In this document: one piece after another, positions 49,249-61,153 of the stretch
How positions within the stretch are numbered: position 1 is the stretch's first letter
How the letters are laid out: every line of letters starts with the position of its first letter
From: Lepidodermella squamata
Taxonomy: Eukaryota > Animalia > Gastrotricha
Assembly: GCA_047495785.1 (NCBI GenBank)
Contig: JBLDXI010000061.1
Span: 62,001-126,000 of the forward strand
Reading direction: 5' to 3'
Length of the DNA stretch: 64,000 bases
Translations under genes and position numbers: made by a program
The notes under the pieces: model-generated
What the model was told of the DNA's origin: nothing
The model's input: the letters and a program-made list of their open reading frames with translations, nothing else
Database searches by the model: none

Positions 49249-50612
49249 ATGAGATACGAGAAAATTCCAAAAACCATGTTTGTTTTCATAGTTTTGTTCT
49301 CTATAGCTTTCCTAGGGCCAATTTTAGCTGAGCAAAAGCGTTATGATGGCGATCAAGTGTATCGAATCATACCCGCGACACCCCAGCAGCTCGATTTGCT
49401 TCAACAGGTCTATTCAAGCGAGGGCGAGGAGCAGCTGGATTTTTGGACGGATCCTGTTCTTGTGAATAAGCCAGTTCACATTCGAGTCCCGGCTCAATTT
49501 CGCGAGTCAGCCACGAGATTTTTCAACGAAACGAAGTTGAACTTCAGAGTTGTTGTACCCGACGTTCAGAAGCTTATCGAGAATGTTGATCAGCTGAATG
49601 CTGAAAGACGGAAGACGCTCAACTATGAATCAGATCCATCTTCTATCGTCAACACTTATGCTTCGTATGCGGATATTTCGAATTGGATGAGCTCTGTTTG
49701 TTCTAAGAACCCAAATTTGGCAGAATGTGGCAATATTGGAGAATCCTTTGAGAAACGGCAACTGAACTACATTAAACTCGGTTCTTCAAAACCTGATAAA
49801 TCTAAGCCCAAAATATGGATCGAAGGAAATATTCACGCAAGGTTTGAGTTAGAAATTATTCTTAAACATACTTCATTGCCTAATCTTCTAGAGAATGGCT
49901 CTCTTCAGCAACCTGTGTTCATTTGATCAATCACATGGTAACAAGTTACAACACCGATCCAGCCGCTAAGCGGATGCTGGATAATTACGACTGGTACATC
50001 TTCCCCGTCCTAAATCCTGATGGTTATGAGTTCAGCAGGGCTAAGGAACGTCTGTGGCGTAAAACCCGGTCGAAAACCGATATTGAATACTGCGATGGCG
50101 CTGATCCCAACCGAAATTGGGACTACAAATGGGGAACAGTTGGCAGCCAATCGTTTGCTTGCTCTGAAACATTTAGAGGGGTGAAGCCGTTTTCTGAGCC
50201 TGAAACTAAGGCTCTATCGGATTTTGTTATGGCAAATCGAGAGAACTCTAAGGCCTACTTCTCTCTTCATACTTTCTCGCAGTATTGGATGACCCCATAT
50301 GGAGTGAAGCCTAACCCTGACGACTACAACGAGCTTATGCGAGTCGCGAATATCGGAGCGAGTGCATTAATGGCTGTGAATAAGACGAAGTGGAAGGTTG
50401 GCAGTATCGTCGAGTTGTTGTATGAAGCATCTGGTGGCTCGAATGATTGGGCGAAAGCTGTTGCGGGGATTAAATACAGCTATTGCCTTGAACTCAGGCC
50501 CGCAAATGGCCAATTCGCAAACGGCTTCGTGGTTCCTGAGAGCGAGATCGAACCTAGTGGTCGTGAAGTTTGGGCCGGCCTTGTCGCAGCTATAGACGCA
50601 ATTCCGGATTAA
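49249..50612 (+). CDS. M14A metallocarboxypeptidase (procarboxypeptidase A/B-like)
   Basis: Signal peptide and propeptide (LDFW). GNIHAR/EW spans the intron at 49842-49891. Also NPDGY, RLWRKTRS, GADPNRNW, LHTFSQ, GGSNDW and LELRP. Confidence 0.93.
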
Positions 50613-50637
50613 AACTATGATAAATACTTCCGATTAA

Positions 50638-53600
50638 CCCTCCAGCGCCCACGGCGAGTATACACGCGTTTTTCACTTTTAATACCCGACAAATTCAGAT
50701 TTTATCAATCAGCCTTTTCTTTTCACCTGATAATTTATTTCACTATGATTGCGATGCAAAATATCGACCTCAAAAAATTTTTGCTGAAACACCTGTGCCC
50801 TCTGTCGACGCAAAGTTGGCAAGTGCCTAATCGCTGGTTTACACGCTTATGGTGCGTCTTAACACGCAAAGTTGGCGTCTTAACACGCCACAATGGTCAG
50901 ACAGCTAGTGCGTGTTCACACGCGAACAATGTTGCGTCACAACACGCCAAAGACATTAATTAGGGAAAAAATAGCAATAAAAAGGCGCATTTACCATGGG
51001 TAAAAAAACAGTTTTATCGCGCATTTTTTAATCGTTTTTCTCGCTGCTGTTCTTGCTAACAACATTTTCAATGGCTGATGCTGCTGATGCTGCTGTTGCC
51101 GCTGCCGCTGCTGCTGCTGTTGAAGTCGTCTTCGACGACAACCTTGGCGATACCGACTCCGATCTATCAAGCGATGACGATGACGATTTGCCTCTGGCAA
51201 CGCTGAAGCCGGATATCAAGGGCGCCTGGGGAAAGCTGAATGAAGTACCCAAGAACTACACGCAACCTCAAGTTTTCAACCGCCCTCAAGGTCCAACCTA
51301 TAAAATTCGGGCTGCATATCGTTCGGCTACAACGACCGCCGATGACGATGAACCCTGTCGGAAACGGATAGCCCAACTTAGGCTATTTTTGGAGCGAAAA
51401 TTTTTGGGCCCAAATACACTCCAGTTTTCGTCCAACTATTTTAGCCTATGGTGAGCCTAAAAAATTCAGAATTTTTTTGGCTATTTAACCGCCAATTTAG
51501 CCTATTTTAGGCTTTTGATAAAGAATTATGAAAATATATATTACATTAGCGCCAAAGTTAGGCCATTCTGGAGGTTCGCAACTGCCATGTTAGGCTAAGT
51601 TAGAGTTTCAGCTTTTCCGTTGGAAAATGTGCAAAATTAACGTCTAATTTAGCCTAAACTGGAAGTTAATTTTTCATTTAATTAGGCTATTAAAAGCTCT
51701 TTCCTTCCGGTTCCTTTCCTCTCCTTTCCTTCCCGCTCTCTGCTTTTCTTCGCCACTTTAGACCCGAAATGAGACATTAAATCCACAATTAATCATTTTT
51801 ATTTCACCAATCAAATGATAATTTAATTTGTTTCACAAGTTATAATTTATGAAGACAAATAACAACAGTCATTAGTTAGGCATCGAAGCCTGTTGTTCTT
51901 GCTCCGGCTGGCCGCTGATTGCTGTGACGGTGAAACATTGTTTTAGAACTGAAGCCTTGAGCTGCTTGATAACCAAAACCGCATCGCTCCATTGCTAGAA
52001 ACCAATCCAGCCATTCATCGAACCAATCTGAAAAATCCGGAATTAATTCCAGTGAATTTTCAAATATGGGGAAAATTTATTTTACACTTTTTTAATGAAT
52101 TTAAAAAAGCTGACTTTGGATGAGAAAAAATTGGAAAATATTGAAAATTTTCAAATTTCAAATTATTAAAATCCCAAAAATATTTGAATTTCCCTGAATT
52201 TTGAAATTTCTAATATTTTTTGAAATTTGAGTTAATACGCATAATTTTGATCGATATTTTTCTATAATTTATTAGCATCGACTTGCTAGATGATCATTTC
52301 GTGATAGCCCAGGGAAAACACGATATTCGCCTTGCGCTAACGTTACCGCATGTCAGCAGAATTCTGTTTAAAAATAGAAAATTCATGCAAACTTAATTCA
52401 TTGTAATGGCGACCTGATTTTCAATCGATTTAGGACGAATTCGATCGATTCTGTAAAATAAGTAAATAAATAAATAAAAAGAGTGGATCAAATAGCTATA
52501 CCAATCGGAATTAGCTGCACTTAGCTTATGCCAAGTGAAACATTGCATGAGAAAATGGTCAGCAAGTTAGACTCTAATCTTCATAAAAATAAAAGTAAGA
52601 AAAATAACTTGCTTTTGTGAAGCAAAAAACTGAAAATGAGAGAAAATAATTCTTGCTTTTCGACGTCGTTACTGTTTACATCACAATGAAAGCCCTCTGC
52701 GTAACATTCGCGCTTAATAACGCAACAAGGAAATTTGACCTCGAAAACTGGGTCGTTAATTTAAAAGCAATTTTTGGTTGATTTTTTGTTTCAAGGAGCT
52801 ATACGAGCCAACAGCCAACGGCTATATGGGATATCGGCTATCGGCTACGCCGCTCAATTATTTTACTAATTTCATATTATACTTCATCCAAAATTGAAAA
52901 CTGTGGCTCTGAATTTCCAAAGAAGTTAATATTTTTCCGTTTTAATTTTCAAAGCAATTCAACCACATTTTCTATCCATTTTTGGCCTGTGCTCTCATTT
53001 TTCGAAATTCATTGCATGCGCGACTTGAGTAATAAAATCTCAAACTAATTAAACCAAAAAACCAGCCACAAATTGTGTATTTCGGGAAAATTTAAAATTC
53101 GAGTAGATTTCGGTAATTCCCTCAATGCCTGAGGTTTGGAATTTTTTTGGTATTTGTTCTCTACCAAAATGCTTTATTAAAAATTCACCACAGTATTCAA
53201 CAATTTATTTGAATTTATTCAATATTGTTTAAATGGGCAGTATTTTACGTCAACGCAGTATTTTTGCCAAGTTATCCTAGACAATTACTCTGTCTCAATT
53301 ACTCTATTTTTCGTCTATAATCTGTTCATCTCGGCATCTGCCCATTAATACCAACCACATAAATTATAATTCATTCCAGATTTTCGAGCCCGGAAACAGC
53401 GCTTCATAAAAAACTATCAATTCTGTTTATTCGCTGATTTATTTCCAATTTATTGGGGATTTTGCTGAAAGCCGCGTAGAAAGCCGCAGTATTGCTGGAA
53501 GAAATTGATGAAAAAATCGAAAGAGTAAAATGACTGAAAAATCACAGAAGTCGTGAAAAATAGAGAAAATCGCGTGTCGTTGGCTATTCTAGGCTGCTCC

Positions 53601-55547
53601 AATGCCTAAGCCTATCCGAGGCCAACTTTGAATTGATCTGAAAAAGGCTAAAATCGTCAAATTGTTGAAAAAATGAGCAAAGGCTAAATAAGGCCAAATT
53701 AGAGGTTGCGACTTCAGGTCATTTTTAGCCGAATCTCAGGAAGCCCATCGAAGCCTAAATTGGAGGTTGCTCTTTTTGGCGAGAGCCAACGCAAAAACAC
53801 TTCAACATGGTAAAAGCCTATCGACGGCTAAATTAGGAGTTCGACTTAGTGGCTAAGCCCAAAAACCCTATCTGAGCCTACGGATTTTCGACAGGGAACC
53901 GGCAGGTGACGATGAACCGATCGCCGGGCCTAAACCTCGCCGAGCCATTGGTAACCAACGATTCGGAAGGTTGGTCATCTTGGAACTCATGTTTCCCGTC
54001 TTCGCGTTGATTATCGCTCAAACGAACCAATACTCGCACCAGTCTTATCAACCGGGTATGCAGCAGTTCAATCACCTTGAAGAGCCTGAGCTGTTGCGAT
54101 TCATTGCGATTCTGATTTGCATGGGACTGGTCGACTTGCCTGGCATTCGTCTGTACTGGAGGGAATCTGATGGTCTTTTTTATCAAGGTAGTTTTTTGTC
54201 TCATTTTCATGCTTTTTACTGAATTTTTGCTGTTATAGAGTACATCGCCACAATCATGCATCTCGCTGATAACACCAAGGCTGCTAAGAAAGGCGAGGAG
54301 GACTATGACAAAATCGCCAAGGTTCGAAATTTTCTAAGCCAGCTTCGCGAGGCTTTCCAAAGCTGCTACCACCCCGATGAAAATGTAGGTATTTGGTATT
54401 TTGAGCATTTTTCATTTCAAATTTGTTCCCTCTAATTTTAGATGTCAGCCGATGAACAGATGGTCGCCTGGAAAGGCCGGTGTAACATAAAGCAGTATAT
54501 GGACGCGAAGCCCACAAAGTGGGGCCTCAAGTTCTGGGCACTGGCTGCCTCAGTTTCGGGTTATGTCTATAACTTTTCGCTTTACACCGGCAAAGACAGA
54601 AGTAAGTATTATTGTGAAACTCGCGCTTGAATTTGATTTCATCTCAATTAGCTCGCGGCGACGACGCTGCCAAAGCAGGAGTTGGCGAGCGCGTCGTGTT
54701 GGATCTGGTTCGCCCGATTATTGGCTTCTTCCATAAGGTAATAATGGATAATTTCTTTTCGTCCCCTTCGCTGTTTTTGAAGCTCTTGGGACAAAATGTT
54801 CTTGCCTTGGGAACGGTGCGAACTAATCGCGTTGGGCTTGAAAAATCGGTGCCAATCAAGGCCCGGAAACCAGTCCGGGGTTCGTACCAGTTCAAGTTTC
54901 TGTCGAACAATCTTATCTACCTGAGCTGGGCAGTGAGTCAATTTTGTGTTTTCCTATTTTCGTGATTATTATTTTTACCCTAGGATAAAAGGGTGGTCAA
55001 TTTCTTGTCAACCTGGCACAATGGGGCAAAAGCCGCTGAAGGCGTGAAGCGCAGAACTGCACACGGCCAGAGCATCGACGTCGATTGCCCAACCCTGGTG
55101 AAAGCGTACCAAGGCCTCATGCGTGGCGTCGATATGGCCGATCGCCTTCGTACGACATACAGCATCTACATTCCGGGTCGGAAATGGTGGCGAGTGGTGT
55201 TTTACTGGGGTCTCGAAACTGCTCTGAACAACGCCTTCATTGTATGGCGGCAGGTGAGCGAGGACGCTGACGCCACGGCGCTCGATTTTCGGCGCGAACT
55301 CATCGCTGAACTGCTTGCTGCCGCGCAATTGGAGCAGCCAACGGCTCCAAACACGGCCACTGGGAAACGCCGCAAGTGCGATGTCAATATCGCGTTGACG
55401 CCTACGACGGCTTGGCGAGCTGGTGGCCACTACCCGGAACACAACGGCTACCTGCCCGGAAGCACGACTTCGGTAATGCGCCGTTGCCGACTCTGCCACG
55501 CCCAGGGCAAGCTTCATAGTTGTTTTGGCGATAAGAGCCCGGAATAA
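50638..55547 (+). mobile_element. piggyBac element with intron-containing transposase; disrupted, right end missing
   Basis: TTAA|CCCT left end and subterminal acacgc repeats. Acidic N-terminus from 51072. Motifs SADEQM, YMDAKPTKWGLK, MDNFF, GTVRTNR, GVDMAD and KWW, with a truncated Cys-rich tail. Four short introns lie between 54188 and 54983. Confidence 0.88.
51353..53896. mobile_element. CMC/EnSpm-like non-autonomous element nested in the piggyBac ORF
   Basis: Ends ccctgtcg / cgacaggg, 2-bp TSD aa, dense agccta / taggct subterminal motifs. Removal restores DDDEPAGDDEP. Confidence 0.8.
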
Positions 55548-55759
55548 CTGCTAGACTTCGAGCTTTATTAGATAGCAAAACGCCAACTCGCTTTTGTAAG
55601 ATGAGTAATAATGTGTTATCACAAATGCGCATGAACTATGTGACCTTATCTCAATCCTTTAGGGGTGACCATCAATTTTCATTGCTACTTTTTTGATGAC
55701 GCACAGGCGTACAATAATTTTTTGTGTGAAATTAGGTTTAATGGTATTTTAGAATAATC

Positions 55760-56722
55760 ATGTCCGAAACACACGAGCTGCATCCGGGGGTGGATGGCAA
55801 CATCAGAGATCAAGTTCAGCAAGCTGTAACCAGGCCGAAAGCTGAAAGGGTCGAGATAACTAAGGATATTGTCACTGCTAAACAACCGCGCCAACTGTTT
55901 GGTGATTTTATCGAATCGCAGTGGGAGTCGTTTTTAAGCTTCGCCTTAAACAAAGCCAAGTTGCTGCTGGATGGGGATCGACCGGTAAAAGTGTGGATCA
56001 ATGAATCGGGATTTGTGCGAATCCACGTCGGCTCTTACCAGACGGACTAGCTCGGGCATGAATTCCAATTTACGATTCGTATGAACTATTGGCCGAACTC
56101 TAAGGCTGATGCTGCCAGGGGTGACTACAAGGAGGAGAGTTTGCACGACCACCCTCTTCCTTTCTTGTCAAAACTTCTTCGGGGCAAGTACATCCACAAT
56201 ATTTACAAACTTTCGCAGACCGGGGAGATTTGCGCCTGCTACGACGATTACACAGTGAGCAGGGATTCCCATGCGAACACAATGAAATCCGTTAAAACGA
56301 AATCAAATCAGCCGCTTACGAACTGCGGCAATAAGTGCGTGCAAGCAACCGATAAGACTCCCATTCATTTGGACACAGAAGTCATTCATAAAGTGGTCGA
56401 TTTTAACGCTGGAACACTGTCGATTAACGTAACTTACTCCGATGCTGAGACCGACGAAAAAATCTTCCATATATACACAATGGACATGAGTGATCCGGTC
56501 AGCAAAGAGCGAGGAACTGTTAATAAAGAGGCGGCTAAACTGTACCTTTGCAAAATTTCCAGGGTGGTCGATTATTTCCTTGGATTCGTTTCGAAAGACG
56601 ATGAGATTTCAGCCGAAGAAATTGTGATACCTAACGGCGAAGCTCCCGAGCAATTGAATGACATGGCTGCCGACAACGAACTCGGGGTCGGAAACGGCGA
56701 AATATTTGAAGTCCTCAAATGA
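55760..56722 (+). pseudogene. Intronless cupin-like ORF with one in-frame TAG
   Basis: ORFs 55760-56050 and 56081-56722 share a frame. Motifs RMNYWP, LHDHPLPFLSKLLRGKYIH and VIHKV resemble a 3-His cupin metal site. Confidence 0.5.
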
Positions 56723-57635
56723 AGCGGTGCTGTTTCAAGAGGCGATAGTCACGTGACGCAATATCTTTATCTACCACATGGTCGTGGAAGGTGAATGGCG
56801 AATTCAAATCAATATCCTAGCTTTATTACGGCGATTAACTACTGGTGTAGCTGGATATGGCATTTTCCATGAGTCCATCGGCAATTATGATAACAAACGC
56901 TGATATAGCAGCAAAGTATAGCAGCCGATTTTTCCAATCCTGTATATAAGTTTCCCAGTTGATTTTCGTTACAGTGGCATGCATTGATACATCATCGCAA
57001 CTTTACTTTTCTTTGATTTGCCAGCTTTGCCAGTGATATCCTCGTTTTTTGGGCTTACATTTTGCTTGCAATTCTGATATTCAGGAGTGAAAATTGTTCG
57101 TAACCAAATCATGAATAGAATCAAATGAGTTATCCGGATCATAGTGGATCATAGTGGTCATAGTAAATACGCCGTAAAACAGCCCGGAATATTTTCTGCT
57201 ATCCCGGGCTGTTTGAGCCAGGATATCATGCTATCCGGGCTGATTTAAACTCAGGTCATGGCTGGAAATTTTGGCAGCATTTACCCCTATTTTCGATTTC
57301 TTTGAGCACGGAAACAAAAGTCACCAAAAATACTGAGGCGCCGAAACCCCCGCGACCCCCTGAATTTTATTATTCTGTAATTACGAGAAAATTAAAAAGT
57401 TGAAGGATTCGCCGCAAAGACACGGGGACAAGCGGGCCAAGATATTTTTGCCGCTATTCCGACCTTCGGCTGCGCCTCAGGTCTCCATAGCTGGCCTTCA
57501 GGCGAATATTTTTCGCTATCCGCTACAAAGCTCCCAGATATTGTATACTACTGTTGCCATGAATGCAGGCCGATCCAGGGTGATTTATTTATTTATTTAT
57601 GAGCCATTCATCCATAGTGAGTTGGAAAGCTCAGC

Positions 57636-57895
57636 TGTATGGGGTGAAGCCTAACCGGCTTTGTGGTTCCTGAGAGCGAGATCGAGCCCAGTGGTCGTAA
57701 AGTCTGTGCTCCCCGTATCAACAATTTTCAGTATTACGTAGGATGAAATATGCTAATGAGCACTTTTCATTGTGATTTCACTCACTGAACAATGAAAAGT
57801 GCTCATTAACATATTTCATCTTACGGAATACTGAAAATTGTTGGTACGGGTCGCCTTGTCGCTGCTATTGAAGCAATTCCAGATGAAAACTAATA
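57636..57895 (+). pseudogene. 3' remnant of a carboxypeptidase paralogue
   Basis: YGVKPN is joined to GFVVPESEIEPSGR...LVAAIEAIPD, matching 50298-50315 and 50522-50612. Confidence 0.8.
57712..57850. mobile_element. 139-bp hairpin MITE with CCCGTA termini
   Basis: About 60-bp arms in near-perfect inverted orientation, 2-bp TSD tc, inserted in the carboxypeptidase remnant. Confidence 0.88.
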
Positions 57896-58803
57896 AAGTG
57901 TGCTAGCACAATTGCCAAGTTTCGAATATTCAGCATTCAGCTGATCAACATCAACAACATCTCAGCCAATTTCTTGACTGGAAGCAGGAACAGGATGCGA
58001 AGTATAGGGGTGCTGGGGTATTGCGACTCCCCAACTCCGGGACTACAACCAGAGGAAGGCTGAAAAAACCAAAGGGTGCCCTTTGGTTTCTTTCGCTGGG
58101 TCCTAGAAAACAAGTAGATAAAACCTCAGCTCCTGGATCCTACTTCGCACACTCCCAGACGAAAATCAGTAGACCGAGAGCTCAGTAGATCGTACGTAGA
58201 TCCAAAAGGCAAAATATTCGTCTGAAATAGCTGTTTTTCTGACCTATTGTCGATCTATTAGACTGGATCTACGGGCATCGATCCTGTGTAGGTCCAAATT
58301 TTACCACTGGATCTACGTAGGGTCGAACTCATACGATCTATCCCAGTGTCAAATTTACCCATGGTCTACTTTTTTTCGACTGAGGCTGAGCAGGAAAAAG
58401 CTTCTGTAACTCAAGGGTAAATCATTGATGGAAGCAAACATTGTAATTAATCCTAAAATTATTTAATCGCGCGACGCCCTAGCCTCCATGTACTTCACTC
58501 TTCTTCCTTCGCTTTGAATCAAACTTATTGCTTTTGTGCTTGAATAAATTACAATCACTATAAAGTAAATTATATTATCAAATTGATGAGCTAATCAGCG
58601 ACCAATGAGTAACCAAAGTTACTGATAACAGCAGATGATAACCGTACAAAAAATACCTCATAATAAATCGAGGCGTTAAGATGTAAAACTTTCACAAATT
58701 GCTGAATCAGGTAACAGAAATCCCGTTTGAATTAAATTGAACGATATTTCTTTACTTCTCACTTCAAATATCACTTCATAAGCTTGTGTTCTCCCCAAAT
58801 CAA

Positions 58804-60115
58804 TTAGCTCATCTCAGATTTCGATCTCCCAGCTGGTAATGGAATGTCGAATAGAGTTGGTCTGTACCGAATTTTGTTGTCGTAGTACGTCACAGCTGCA
58901 TTGATGAATGTGACATTCGGCGTCCGAACTACGCCATGAGCTCCATGCATGTGGCCGAAAATGTGATACCGAGGCCGAACCCGATTGAGCACATGATTCA
59001 GAAGAGCAAGATCGCCCACATGGTGGCCATTCTTCCTTGTATCTCGAATGCCGAGTGGTGGAAGATGGGTGATGAGAACATCGGTATTTACAGGAATTTC
59101 GCCCCAGACACGATCCATTTCTTCACCTCGTTGTTTCACGAAAACATGCGGACCTCCTTCGATAGGACTTATCCTGAAAAAAATAGGAACATTTTAATCG
59201 GTCGAGATAGAACAGGGTCTACCTTTCTATACTACAGAATTTGGAGAAATTCGTAAAATTCTCTTACTTACTTACCGTAATGCTGCAAATACTAACCCGG
59301 GCTTATGCAAAGTTGGAAGGCCGAAAATCGCCCAAAACTGGGCTTCTTTTCGAGGGTGGGCTTCTATTCGAGGGTGGGCTTCTATTCGAGGGTGGGGTTA
59401 TACAACTAGAACTTGGGTTATAGCATGAGGCGTCTCCTCCGGCTCCACAAATAGGCTGGCGAAAGCATCGGAGAGCTCTTCGAGGAGCTCGCAATTGAGC
59501 AAAATTAAAACGAAAACGTATTTGCAGCATTACGGTATTCTCATTCTCACAACTATAACAAACCACGGGGATCCGTAAAAATTGATCCCGAACAGCGTAA
59601 TAGCTTCGTCGAGTAGGTAAATCGCATTTGATAACGAGCGACGACCAAACATGCGTTGAGCGGTCCTGTTGTCACCGAATTCCAAGCCGTTGTCATGGTT
59701 ACCGGATATTACAATGATTTTTCTGAACAAATGAGCCAAAGCACCTGAGAACAAAATTTTCAGATGTTTTTAAGTTCAAGGTTAGGCTTATTATACCTAA
59801 TTCTTTGTTCACTTGAGCCAGCTCCTTTTCAGTCCCGAAATTGCTCAAATCTCCACAGTGGATGAGTATATCTCCTCGAGGTATGTCAAGGTCGATCATC
59901 GAATTCATATGGGTATCACAGATCGCAACAATCCGCAGAGAATCGTTTCGTATCGGCTCAGCCTCGGACACGGTTTCATAGCTCCAAATGTTCTTCAAAG
60001 GCTCGACATCGCGTAATTGGTTGTACGCATCTTGAGCCATCAAAGAGCTCGTCCAGTCAACGCTTTGGCTTGAAACAGCATTTAGCAATGTGAGAAGAGC
60101 AAAGAGCGAAAGCAT
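58804..60115 (-). CDS. Calcineurin-like metallophosphoesterase (MPPED/239FB-like) with N-terminal signal peptide
   Basis: Three exons with ICDTH, HCGD, ISGNHD, YGSPW, ITHLPP, FGHMH and FINAA. Confidence 0.88.
59275..59535. mobile_element. TA-flanked MITE in phosphoesterase intron
   Basis: TIR ccgtaatgctgcaaata / tatttgcagcattacgg with three internal 18-bp units gggcttctattcgagggt. Confidence 0.85.
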
Positions 60116-60739
60116 GGTTAAAAATAACTAGCTTCACTTGGTGGAATCAACTGAGCGCGGCGTAATTTATAGCGCATCGGATGTTTACAACAGTATCCGG
60201 TGCGTATTTTTTAGGCGTATTTGGAAATTTTACGGGAAATTAAAAAAGCACCGAGAGATCTGGTTTAAAACGTTTCGCACTCGAGTCTTTTGTCGAAAAA
60301 CAGAACTAACTTGGTTAATATTGGACGATTATAACTCGAGCTCATCGCCGGCTATAAAATTACCAGGAACCAAGTTAAGCTCTTGCGAATCGTCAATGAT
60401 CGGTCTATCAAGTAAACTCATTGATTGGTAGGGTAAAGCAAGGAATTCCTTCCGTTTTTTGCTTCTTGATTTTTGAAACTCAAAAAATGAGCCTAATAGG
60501 CTAGTGAAAACCACAAATTACAAAAAGGTTTCGAATGTCAGTTAACTTTGAACTTCATGAGTCAAATGTAATTTTGTAATGATAAACTATGTGAATGGTG
60601 CGCAAATTTAAATTTAAATTTTGTCAAAAAATTTTATTTTAGATTTTAAAAGTTTCAAATTTAAAGTAATTAAACTTAAAATTAAAATTAAAATTTGAAT
60701 ACAGCATGAAGAACCTGATTCACTCAAGAATAAAGTTGC

Positions 60740-60980
60740 ATACCTTTTCGAAAGTTTAAGATCATCCTTTCCTGTTTGTTTCACCTTTCCCAGTCTCGCT
60801 ACTTCCAACTTATCATCGCTCGTCTCTCGCCCTTCACCAGATCCATTTCTGAATTGAGCTATATAATATAGTATTTGATAGCCAGCTAAGCAGCTGATTA
60901 TAATGAGCAGTTTTCGCTTGCACGACTGTGAGACTGGGATTATCATCGCTGTGGTTGATCACATAGTTATGTAAGCACAC
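60740..60980 (-). pseudogene. Truncated duplicate of the sulfotransferase-like exon 1
   Basis: SQSCKRKLLIIISCLAGYQILY matches SQSCKRKLLILISCLACFQILY at 62740-62815, including the upstream sequence. Confidence 0.65.
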
Positions 60981-61153
60981 TAGAAAAAATGTAGCGCATC
61001 AGCCAACCTGAGATGGCTTACTAATAGGACCCAAGTTCTTGAGAATGATAGCTTTAAAAGAGACGTCTTCATTTTTTATTTTCGAAAGTTTGAGATCAAC
61101 ATAGCTCATAAACCTAGTGCGAAAATGAATGAAGCTATATGCTGTTCCTTCCC

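Noticed and set aside
59241-59423. ORF with GLLFEG repeats
   Set aside because: Internal 18-bp repeats of a MITE within an intron.
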